Assembly: GCA_964599885.1 (NCBI GenBank)
Contig: CAZRHH010000011.1
Span: 1,998-65,997 of the forward strand
Direction: 5' to 3'
DNA from: an uncultured Dehalococcoidia bacterium
GTDB lineage: Bacteria > Chloroflexota > Dehalococcoidia > DSTF01 > JACRBR01
Length of the DNA stretch: 64,000 bases
Below, in pieces: positions 45,753 through 54,453 of the stretch; within the stretch, counting starts at the first letter, position 1; each line of letters begins with the position of its first letter. Both the position numbers and the translations under genes were made by a program. Below the pieces are notes generated by a model. It did not search any database, was not told the origin of the DNA, and saw only the letters and a list, made by a program, of their open reading frames with translations.

Positions 45753-46562
45753 GTGGTCATGGTAGATCAGGTAGTAGCCGCCAACGTCGATCGCGAACGA
45801 CTACGCCGCCAGATAAGCGAGAAGTACACAGAAGTCGCGCAAGAGCCAGAGAAAGGGTTCCACTTCCATACGGGACGACCGCTGGCAATGATGCTTGGCT
45901 ACGACGCCCAAGACATCGACATCCTTCCCACTGGCACCGTTGATTCTTTCGCCGGAACGGGTAACCCCTTCTCTCTAGGAAGGCTGAACGCCGGCGAGAC
46001 GGTGCTCGACATCGGCTGCGGCGCAGGGTTCGACACGCTGCAGGCGGCGATGCAGGTAGGGCCGCGCGGACGCGTCATTGCCGTGGATATGACCGAGGCG
46101 ATGCGCGCGAAGACCAGCACGGCAGCAGCCGCGCTCGGCCTCACGAACGTAGATGTACGCCACGGCTTTATGGAAGAGTTGCCGGTTGATGACGCGAGCG
46201 TCGATGTCGTGATCAGCAACGGCGTCATCAACCTGACGCCGGACAAAGTCGGCGTCATGCGCGAAGTCTTTCGTGTGCTGAAGCCGGCCGGACGCTTCCA
46301 GATCGGCGACATCGTCGTCCACAAGGAAGTGCCGCAGGAAGCGAAGGACGACATCGATCTATGGTCTGGCTGAATTGCCGGTGCTCTGCTGTATGCAGAG
46401 TGGAACTGGGTGCTGGAGCACGTCGGCTTCCGGGACGTCCGCTGGGGGCGTGAGGTCGATGTCTTCTCGGGTTCGAAGCACGAGTCGGAAGCAAGGGACT
46501 TCGATACGCGCGGCGTGACGTTCGCCGGTGTCAAGCCCCCAACGGAAGGCGACTCAGCATGA
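45753..46562 (+). CDS. ArsM/AS3MT-family SAM methyltransferase-like protein interrupted by an in-frame TGA at 46371..46373
   Basis: SAM motif VLDIGCGAGFD and the ISNGVINLTPDK motif. The TGA falls where homologues have the As(III)-binding Cys (..DLWSG[TGA]IAGALLYAEW ..). The frame continues 62 codons and ends ATGA-coupled to the next gene. Either a selenocysteine or a disrupted gene. Confidence 0.5.
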
Positions 46563-47050
46563 CGTTGTCTGTAACGCGCCGCCGGTTGCTCGCTATCCAG
46601 GGATTCGACGAGGTCGACGGAGCAACGCTGGCCCAAACCGAACGCTGGCTGCGTATGTCGCCGGCGCTCTGCGCAGTCGTCGCAGCGGTGGGCACTGCGC
46701 TCGCGTCTCCCTGGATCCTCTGGACACTCGCCGCGGTCGCGGCACTTGGTGCGGCGCTTCCGTTCCATCCCTTCGACCTGATCTATAACCTGGGCGTTCG
46801 ACGCCTCACCGGCACGCCCAAGCTTCCCGCAAACGGGTCGCCGCGACGCTTCGCCTGTGGCATGGCGAGCGTGTGGTTGATCACGACCGGCGCGTTGTTT
46901 GCCGCCGGACTCAACGTTGCAGGTTACGCGCTGGGCTTCACGTTTGTGGCGACGGCCACGCTCGTCGCGACCACGCACATTTGTATTCCGTCGATGATCT
47001 TCAGGACAGCATGCGGCCAGATGCCATCATTCCGAACCGGCGCGTCGTAG
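46559..47050 (+). CDS. DUF4395-like small membrane protein
   Basis: 163 aa with four TM segments. Translationally coupled to the ArsM-like gene. Confidence 0.45.
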   Translation: MTLSVTRRRLLAIQGFDEVDGATLAQTERWLRMSPALCAVVAAVGTALASPWILWTLAAVAALGAALPFHPFDLIYNLGVRRLTGTPKLPANGSPRRFACGMASVWLITTGALFAAGLNVAGYALGFTFVATATLVATTHICIPSMIFRTACGQMPSFRTGAS

Positions 47051-48306
47051 GCGCCACCGCCCCGTCGGCGGGCCTGCGTCTCGGGCTGTCGGCGAACTGG
47101 CAGCAGTTCGCTCTGCTCGTTGCCACGAACGCCTTCGTCGGAGGAATGGTCGGGCTCGAACGATCGGTCCTGCCGGTGCTGGCCCGCGATGAGTTCGGTA
47201 TTGCGTCCAAGACCGCCGCCGTGTCGTTCATCGCGGCGTTCGGCCTGGCGAAGGCGCTCGCGAACCTTTTCGCCGGGCGTTTATCTGAGCGCTTCTCGCG
47301 ACGGTCGATCCTTATCGCCGGATGGCTCGTGGGCGCCCCGGTACCGCTGATGATCATCTTCGCCCCAACATGGAGTTGGATCGTCGGCGCCAACCTGCTG
47401 CTCGGATTGAATCAAGGCCTCACCTGGTCAATGACCGTCAATATGAAGATCGACCTCGTCGGGCCGCGTCAACGCGGTCTGGCGTTGGGGCTCAACGAGG
47501 CCGCGGGCTATCTGTCCGTCGCTGCGGCCGCGTTCGCCGCCGGTGTCATCGCCAGCGCCTACGGGCTGCGGCCGGAACCGTGGTATCTGGGCATCGCGTT
47601 CGCGGCGGCCGGGCTGGCGCTCAGCGTGCTCTTCATCAGAGACACGGCGCCGCACATGCGCTTAGAGTCGGAACGGCTGAACGCCGGGGAACCCCCGGCT
47701 CCCTCGCTTGCGCTCAGTTTTGCGCGCGGGACGTGGCGCGACGCACATCTCGTCGGCATCTCGCAAGCGGGCTTCGTTAACAATCTCAACGACGGTCTGG
47801 CTTGGGGCATCTTCCCGCTGTTCTTCGCGAGCCGCGGCCTGTCGCTCGAGCGCATCGCCGTCCTTGCCGCGATCTATCCGCTTGTCTGGGGCGGTCTCCA
47901 AATCGGTACGGGATGGGCGAGCGACTGGCTCGGCAGGAAGACGCCGATCGTGAGCGGCATGATCATGCAGGCCATCGCGATCTCGATGATCGGATTCGGC
48001 GACGATTTCAGGACATGGTTCGCCGCGCTGTTCGTTCTCGGGTTAGGCACCGCGATGGTCTATCCGGCGTTGCTCGCGGCGACAGGCGATGCTGTTCCGC
48101 CGGGCGAACGCGCGACGGCATTGGGCGTCTATCGCTTCTGGCGCGACGGCGGAGCGATCGCAGGAGCGCTCGTCGCTGGGGCGCTCGCAGACGTCTTCAG
48201 CTTCAACATCGCGATTCAGGTAGTGGCGGCGATCACGGCGATGTCCGGCATCGCTGCGGCCGTAGCGTTGCGCGGAAAGCAATCGGCGAGAGAGGTGCCC
48301 GCATGA
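47011..48306 (+). CDS. MFS transporter
   Basis: Twelve TM helix pattern. MFS motif-A-like LAKALANLFAGRLSERFSRR. Confidence 0.7.
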   Translation: MRPDAIIPNRRVVGATAPSAGLRLGLSANWQQFALLVATNAFVGGMVGLERSVLPVLARDEFGIASKTAAVSFIAAFGLAKALANLFAGRLSERFSRRSILIAGWLVGAPVPLMIIFAPTWSWIVGANLLLGLNQGLTWSMTVNMKIDLVGPRQRGLALGLNEAAGYLSVAAAAFAAGVIASAYGLRPEPWYLGIAFAAAGLALSVLFIRDTAPHMRLESERLNAGEPPAPSLALSFARGTWRDAHLVGISQAGFVNNLNDGLAWGIFPLFFASRGLSLERIAVLAAIYPLVWGGLQIGTGWASDWLGRKTPIVSGMIMQAIAISMIGFGDDFRTWFAALFVLGLGTAMVYPALLAATGDAVPPGERATALGVYRFWRDGGAIAGALVAGALADVFSFNIAIQVVAAITAMSGIAAAVALRGKQSAREVPA

Positions 48307-49664
48307 AGGTAATCCCATTCGTGCACGAAGGACTCGGCAACAGTTCGTACCTGGTGGGACTCGATGACGGGCGTGCGATCGCCATCGATCCCGACCGGAG
48401 CGTTAGTCGATACCTTCGCACAGCCGAAGCGCACGGCTGGAACATCGACTCGGTGCTTGAGACGCACCTCCACGCGGACTTCGTCTCAGGAGCAAACGAA
48501 CTGGTCGCGCAGGCGGGCGCGAGGCTGTTCGTTCCTGCTGGCGCCGAATCGAAACTTGCACATCATCCTGTGCAGCCGGGCGACAAGATCACGCTCGACG
48601 GCATTGAGGTGGGAGCGATCGCATCACCGGGCCATACGCCGGAGCATCTGAGCTATGTGCTTCGGCTGGGGCCGCAGCCGCCTGTGCTTTTCAGCGGCGG
48701 TTCGCTGATCGTTGGCGGCGCGGCGCGCACCGACCTGATTGCACCTGAAGCGACGGAGTCGCTTACACGCGCGCAGTTTCGCACGCTGAAGCATGCCTTC
48801 GTGACTCTTCCCGACGAAACGCTGCTCTATCCAACGCACGGAGGAGGCTCCTTCTGTTCCGCCGGCAGCGGCGGCGAGCGCACATCGATGCTTGGAGCGG
48901 AACGGCTGAGCAACCCCGCGATGAACGTGGAGACGGAAGATGAATTTGTGCGCTGGTTTCCGGGGACGTTCCCTGCGGCGCCCGCGTACTTCTTCCGCAT
49001 GCGGGCGTTCAACCAGGCGGGGCCGCGACTGCGCGGCGACATAGCGATGCCGCGAACACTGGCGGCCGCGGAGTTCGAAGAGGCGGCACCAGCCGCTCTG
49101 GTGATCGACACACGATCCGTGGAGGAGTATTCCGCCGCGCATATTCAGGGATCGCTGCACATCGCCTTCCGCGATGTCTTTCCCGTATGGCTTGGCTGGC
49201 TCGTTCCGGCGGATACAAGATTGCTGTTCGTCGCCAGCAAAGAGTCGCTCGATGCGATCGTGGGTGAGTGCCTGCTGGTGGGATACGAGAACTTCGGCGG
49301 GTGGCTCGATGGCGGAGTTGACGCATGGCGCGCGACGGGGCGGCTGCTCTCGTCCGTAGGGTTCGTGGACGGTAGGCACGCGAGATCACTGATAGCCGAC
49401 GGATCGGAAGCAATCGACGTGCGCGAGCCGGATGAGTTCGCGCTCGGGCACCTGCCGGCTGCGCGGCACGTCCCGCTCGGGAGGCTCGCGCAGCAACAAC
49501 TGGATGGCTCCAGCGACAAGCCGGCGGTGGTGTATTGCGGACATGGCGAACGGGCTTCGACGGCGGCCTCGATCCTCGAACGGTCGGGCCGTAACTCTGT
49601 TACTAACGTCCGCGGCGGGTATCCCGCTTTGAAGGCGGCCGAAGAAGGGAGGACCGATGAGTGA
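48303..49664 (+). CDS. MBL-fold metallo-hydrolase fused to rhodanese domains (persulfide dioxygenase-like)
   Basis: HxHxDH metal site THLHADFVSG ... SPGHTPEH. The C-terminal rhodanese has VVYCGHGERA. Confidence 0.7.
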   Translation: MKVIPFVHEGLGNSSYLVGLDDGRAIAIDPDRSVSRYLRTAEAHGWNIDSVLETHLHADFVSGANELVAQAGARLFVPAGAESKLAHHPVQPGDKITLDGIEVGAIASPGHTPEHLSYVLRLGPQPPVLFSGGSLIVGGAARTDLIAPEATESLTRAQFRTLKHAFVTLPDETLLYPTHGGGSFCSAGSGGERTSMLGAERLSNPAMNVETEDEFVRWFPGTFPAAPAYFFRMRAFNQAGPRLRGDIAMPRTLAAAEFEEAAPAALVIDTRSVEEYSAAHIQGSLHIAFRDVFPVWLGWLVPADTRLLFVASKESLDAIVGECLLVGYENFGGWLDGGVDAWRATGRLLSSVGFVDGRHARSLIADGSEAIDVREPDEFALGHLPAARHVPLGRLAQQQLDGSSDKPAVVYCGHGERASTAASILERSGRNSVTNVRGGYPALKAAEEGRTDE

Positions 49665-49706
49665 CGACCGCCGCCACCGGCCGTTCGAGACCGTTCTGCA
49701 GGAGCG

Positions 49707-50900
49707 TCAACGCAAAGCCCGCCGCAGCTCGCGCAGGATGCTCTTTGGCTGCGCGGCGTCGATGCGTACGTCGTCGCAGCCAACCCACGTTGCAGCTTCA
49801 CGCAGCGCCGACGCCATCGCAGCGATGGCGGATGGATCTTCCAGCGAGAGCGACCGCGCGACGAGTGTGCGCTTCTCTCGCGACGGGTCGACGCGCCCGA
49901 CGAGACGGCCGCCAGACAGCAGCGGCATCGTGAAGTAGCCGTGTATGCGCTGATCCTTCGGCTTGTACGCCTCGAGCAGGAACGCGAAGCCGAACAGCCA
50001 CTCCGTGCGCTCGCGGTCCCACACGAGCGAGTCGAACGGCGACAGCAGAGTTGTGCGGTGCTTGTCGCGCGGGTTGGCGGTGACTGCATCCGGATGCACG
50101 AACGCATCTTCCGCCCATCCTTCGACGCGGACGCGCACGAGTCCGTTCGCATCGATCGCTTCGTCGACGAGGCGGCGGCAGTCGGGCGCGACGCCGAGGA
50201 TTTTCGGCGTCAATCGGTGGTAGTTGGCGATATCGCGCCGCGTGCCGACGCCGAGCGCTCGCGCCGACTGCGCGACGAGGCAGCGATAGCACTCCGCGTC
50301 CGATGGATCGGTGCTGCGCAGCCGTCGCGGCAACACGCGCTCCGGCAAGTCGTACACGCGCTTCCAGCCCCGCCGCGTCGCGACGACGGCGTCGCCCCGG
50401 CGGTACAAGTGCTCGAGCGCGCGCTTCGACTCGGACCAGTTCCACCAGCCGGCCTGGTCGCGCGCGCCGCCAGCTTCGGTTGTTGTGATCGGACCGGCCG
50501 CGAGATGGGCGCGCACGTCATCGATCGCGCGTCCGGCGCCGGCCGGCCATCGCTCCGCGATCGCACGGCGCCGGAATGCAAAATAGGGCCACAGTTCAAT
50601 CGGCAGGATGCAGTTGGCGTGGGACGAGTACTCGAATGCCTGCGGTGGCCCTCCCCAGTACGCTGCTTCTACGTCCGCGCGCGGTACGGCGCCGAGCCGT
50701 GCGTATGCGACGAGTTCGTGTGAGCGCGCCAGCACGGAGATCGTGTCGAGCTGCACTGCGCCGGTGAGCCGCAGCGTGTCATGTACGCTTGCTGGCGCGG
50801 TCGCGCTCGTGAGGCCTTGCGCACACAACGCGATCGCCCGCGCCTCGGCGGCGCTTAGCTGTTCTATGGGTGCGGGTGCGCTTCGGGCATTCGTGGGCAT
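49707..50900 (-). CDS. Winged-helix YcaQ/AlkZ-like protein (putative DNA glycosylase family)
   Basis: The sequence from MPTNARS onward (397 aa) shows the AlkZ-like wHTH family pattern. The upstream part of the long ORF is Arg-rich and looks non-coding. Confidence 0.5.
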   Translation of the reverse strand: MPTNARSAPAPIEQLSAAEARAIALCAQGLTSATAPASVHDTLRLTGAVQLDTISVLARSHELVAYARLGAVPRADVEAAYWGGPPQAFEYSSHANCILPIELWPYFAFRRRAIAERWPAGAGRAIDDVRAHLAAGPITTTEAGGARDQAGWWNWSESKRALEHLYRRGDAVVATRRGWKRVYDLPERVLPRRLRSTDPSDAECYRCLVAQSARALGVGTRRDIANYHRLTPKILGVAPDCRRLVDEAIDANGLVRVRVEGWAEDAFVHPDAVTANPRDKHRTTLLSPFDSLVWDRERTEWLFGFAFLLEAYKPKDQRIHGYFTMPLLSGGRLVGRVDPSREKRTLVARSLSLEDPSAIAAMASALREAATWVGCDDVRIDAAQPKSILRELRRALR

Positions 50901-51108
50901 AGCGCCAATTGTAGTGCGGCGCGGGCGTACGCTCCCGGTCCGGTTGCGGGTGCCCGATACAGCCACGACTCGTTGGGCACGCAACGACTCGCAGGAGGCG
51001 CGTAACAGCGTCAGCCGCCAGCGGCCGCGCGAACGGCGCGCGGCGGTGTATGATGGCGGCCTGACGGTCCGCCGGTGGTGGCGCGTGCGAGGGCCAACGA
51101 GGGACGCC

Positions 51109-53970
51109 ATGTCCCGGATGTTGCGCATCGGGTTGGTCGCGGGGGCGGCGTGTTTGCTGCTCGCAGCGGGGCTGTCTGCACGCGGCGCACGAGCCGTGCC
51201 TGATTCCGGCGACATCACGATACCCTTTACCAGCACCCACACCCCACCAATCTCCTCGGTCCAGACCCGCACGCACACGCCGACGCGCACAGCGACGCGG
51301 ACGCCGCGCCCGACGAACACCGCGACGGCGCGGCCGACGGCGACACGGACGCCGCTGCCGATCGCGCCGAACCCGACGGCGCCGCCCGGCGTTGCGACGG
51401 TGCCGCCGCCCGACCTTCCGGTCGCCGTGCCATCGGCAACAAACACGCCGCTGTCGGTCGTCGTTCCGACACCGGAACCGACGGAGTTCCCTGTTGGCGT
51501 GCCGGCCGCCACATCGACGTTGCCTTCATTCTCGGCGGGCGAGACGCCGGACCTCGTTGCAACGGCGATCGAAGTAACGCAGGGGATGCAAAATCTGGCG
51601 AACGACATGCCGCTGGTCGAGGGCCGCCTGACGGTCGCGCGGGTGTACGTGAAGACGCAGGATCCCGATGTGCCCGCTGCGAACGTGAAGGGTGTGCTCG
51701 CGGCGTTCCGCGACGGCCAGTACATCGGCGTCGAGTATCCGGAGAACGGACCGATTTCGGCGGTGCCGGATGGCGGCCTGCGCCTGAACATCGACGACAG
51801 CCTGTACTTCTATCTGCCGGACGCCTGGACGACGGGCCAGATCACGCTGCGCACGTTCGTCTACGCGACGACGCCGGACGCGCCGTACGACGAAGAGCCG
51901 ACGGAAATGAACAACTTCGCCGAGGTCGGCGTGCAGTTCCAGGACGGCGATCCGCTCGAGCTGCGGCTGGCGCCTTTGCACCTGCACGTGCTGGCAAACC
52001 CGAACAACTCCGACATCACGTATCACTACGACAACAACGAGTCCGATGCCCTGGCGATCATCCTCGGCGTGCTGCGGCTGCACCCGATCGGCACGAACGA
52101 CCTCGCGTTCAACACGAGTTCGCACCTGGTTCTCGAAGGCACGGACGGCCCGAACATCGCCGTCAGTTCGATCAAGCCCCTCGGGCACCAGGATGACGTC
52201 GAGTGGAATCTGTCGGTGGCCGACGATCGCCACGCCGCCAACGAGCGGATCGCGTTCTTCAAGAGCATGGCGCCGGAGCCGTATCAGGACTGGCGGTGGT
52301 ACGGCATGGTCGATCAGTCGGTGTCGATGGGCGGCTTCATCGGCTGGGCGAGCAACGGCGGCACGCACGGGTTGATGGACAACAGCACATCGGAGGCAGA
52401 CTGGAACAACATGGGCGGCTACGCTCTGGCGCACGAGATCGCCCACATTTTCCTTTCGGCCCCGGAGCACGTCGCGTGTTCTGGCGGCGAGTCGGGGCCC
52501 GATCCCGACTATCCGTACCCCGAGCCAAACTGCCAGCTCGCCGACATCGACCCGGAGGGCTACTACGGATTCGACACGTATTGGCAGCTCTGGGGGCTTC
52601 CCGGTCCGGAGGTGATCAGCAACGATCCGGGCGCGCCGGCAAACCAGTTCGCGTTCCCGATGATGGGTTCGCAGCGGCCGTGGTGGCTCGACCCGTTCTA
52701 CTACTGCCGCCTGCTTGACGCGTACGGCATCGCCTGCGATCCGCTGGCGCTGAACGTCGCCGGGCGGACCGGTGATGACACGCGCCACGTGCACGCGCGC
52801 TCCATCGACGATCGTACTGATGCGGCGATCCGAGCGCGGCTCGAGCCGCCTCGCCGCCTCGTGCGCGGGACCGCCGACGGCTACATCTACGTCAGCGCGC
52901 GCGTCGACGCCGTTGCTGGCACCGCGGCATTCATCGACATCATGCGGATGGTCGATCCGGCGCCGGGCGCGGTGGAAGCGTCGCGCCTCGCGCAGGACAA
53001 CCCACAGCCCTCGGACTACATGCTCGTGCTCGATGATGCGGTAGGCAACACGCTTGCCTCGTACCCCATTCCCCCGTCAGAGCCGGCAGGGCACGGCGCT
53101 CCCGCGGGCAACCCGCTCTTCACCGGCATCGTCCCGTATTTCGATGGCACGGCGTTCATTCGGCTGCGCCGCGCCGATACAGTACTCGCCGAGCGTGCTG
53201 TCAGCGCGCAGGCGCCTGTCGTACGCGTGCTCTCGCCGAACGGCAGCGAGAGCCTGAGCGACAACATGGAGGTGCGTTGGGAAGCCTCGGACCCCGACGG
53301 CGACGCGCTCCGGTTCACGGTGATGTACAGCAACGACGCCGGAGCCACGTGGTTGCCGCTCGCGACCGACCTGCGCGGCAACGAACTGTCGCTCGCGGCT
53401 ATCGACGAAGTGCCCGGGAGCGAACGCGCGCTGATCCGCGTACTCGCCAGCGATGGCGTGCGCACCACGGCGGACGATTCTGACGCCGTCTTTGGTGTGC
53501 CCGATGCGCCGCCGCAGCCGTATATCATCGGGCCGGCGGACGGCGCGACGTTCCCCGAGGGCGCCAGTGTCACGTTGATGGGCGGCGCGAACGATCTTGA
53601 AGACGGCGCACTCTCCGGCGACAGCCTGCGCTGGAGTTCTAGCATCGATGGCGATTTGGGCGCGGGGCACGACGTGCGCACGCGCGATTTGCAGCCCGGC
53701 ACGCACGCCATCGAACTGAGCGCGACGGACCAGGTTGGCGGCGTGGACCGACGGACGGTGGAGATCACGATCGGTGATCCACGCACGGGTCAGCCGGATC
53801 AGGATGAGCGCGACAGAGCCGCGGACCTGCTGCTCAACGGGAAGGATGATGGCGGCGGCACGCCGTGGCTGATCATTGGAATCGGCGCCGCTGCGGCGGC
53901 GATGGTGTCGATCGCCGTGGCCGCGCTTGCGACGATGCGGCTGCGCCGGCGATCGGAGCCGGGCGCGTGA
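51109..53970 (+). CDS. Secreted zinc metalloprotease (HExxH) with a Thr/Pro-rich linker and C-terminal membrane anchor
   Basis: Signal peptide MSRMLRIGLVAGAACLLLAA. Zincin motif YALAHEIAHIF. C-terminal TM + RLRRRSEPGA. Start set at the in-frame ATG 51109. Confidence 0.55.
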   Translation: MSRMLRIGLVAGAACLLLAAGLSARGARAVPDSGDITIPFTSTHTPPISSVQTRTHTPTRTATRTPRPTNTATARPTATRTPLPIAPNPTAPPGVATVPPPDLPVAVPSATNTPLSVVVPTPEPTEFPVGVPAATSTLPSFSAGETPDLVATAIEVTQGMQNLANDMPLVEGRLTVARVYVKTQDPDVPAANVKGVLAAFRDGQYIGVEYPENGPISAVPDGGLRLNIDDSLYFYLPDAWTTGQITLRTFVYATTPDAPYDEEPTEMNNFAEVGVQFQDGDPLELRLAPLHLHVLANPNNSDITYHYDNNESDALAIILGVLRLHPIGTNDLAFNTSSHLVLEGTDGPNIAVSSIKPLGHQDDVEWNLSVADDRHAANERIAFFKSMAPEPYQDWRWYGMVDQSVSMGGFIGWASNGGTHGLMDNSTSEADWNNMGGYALAHEIAHIFLSAPEHVACSGGESGPDPDYPYPEPNCQLADIDPEGYYGFDTYWQLWGLPGPEVISNDPGAPANQFAFPMMGSQRPWWLDPFYYCRLLDAYGIACDPLALNVAGRTGDDTRHVHARSIDDRTDAAIRARLEPPRRLVRGTADGYIYVSARVDAVAGTAAFIDIMRMVDPAPGAVEASRLAQDNPQPSDYMLVLDDAVGNTLASYPIPPSEPAGHGAPAGNPLFTGIVPYFDGTAFIRLRRADTVLAERAVSAQAPVVRVLSPNGSESLSDNMEVRWEASDPDGDALRFTVMYSNDAGATWLPLATDLRGNELSLAAIDEVPGSERALIRVLASDGVRTTADDSDAVFGVPDAPPQPYIIGPADGATFPEGASVTLMGGANDLEDGALSGDSLRWSSSIDGDLGAGHDVRTRDLQPGTHAIELSATDQVGGVDRRTVEITIGDPRTGQPDQDERDRAADLLLNGKDDGGGTPWLIIGIGAAAAAMVSIAVAALATMRLRRRSEPGA

Positions 53971-54025
53971 TCCTGCGAATGGACACTCGCGTCAAAGCGT
54001 GTGGTGCCAGTGCGATTGGGATGCG

Positions 54026-54196
54026 CTACTTGCCCTTGCCGTGACCCTTGTCGCTGTGGTGCTTGTTCACCGTCCGCGCGGCGATCTCCTTCGCCCTCTT
54101 TACGGGCCGGCCCTGTTCGAGTTCGCTCTCTTTCACATGCTCGTACATGCGCTGCTCTTTGTCGCTGACGCTCGGCAAATGCTGCTTCTTTGGCAT
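54026..54196 (-). CDS. Small hydrophilic protein (56 aa), hypothetical
   Basis: Not in the ORF table. GGAGGTG lies 6 nt before the ATG at complement 54196. Product is MPKKQHLPSVSDKEQRMYEHVKESELEQGRPVKRAKEIAARTVNKHHSDKGHGKGK. Confidence 0.35.
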   Translation of the reverse strand: MPKKQHLPSVSDKEQRMYEHVKESELEQGRPVKRAKEIAARTVNKHHSDKGHGKGK

Positions 54197-54453
54197 CGTC
54201 GGTCACCTCCGCAGTCACCGTAGCGCGGCGCGCGTTTGTGATGCGTAAACGGGTGTGCCGCGGGCAATGCGGCGGCGTAACGCTACGCCAGGTTCATGAG
54301 GCAGAATTAACGTTTTCGCCGTGAAAGTTCCATCTATCGCCAGGCGTTCAACCTGGCTTTAATGGCTGAGTCCAACCGCACCAGAACGCAAAGAGAGCGC
54401 CCCCGCCGTCTCCGGAGACGGCGGGGGCTCACTTCGTTCGAGTGCAATCGCTC

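Noticed and set aside
50608-51108. N-terminal 167 codons of the 1120-aa ORF before MSRMLRIG
   Set aside because: They overlap the AlkZ-like gene on the opposite strand and are low-complexity. A proper signal peptide begins at the ATG at 51109.
49707-51791. Full 694-aa reading of the minus-strand ORF containing the AlkZ-like protein
   Set aside because: Only the C-terminal 397 aa (from MPTNARS) look like protein. The N-terminal 300 aa are Arg/Gly/Ala-rich and lie antisense to the metalloprotease gene's 5' region.
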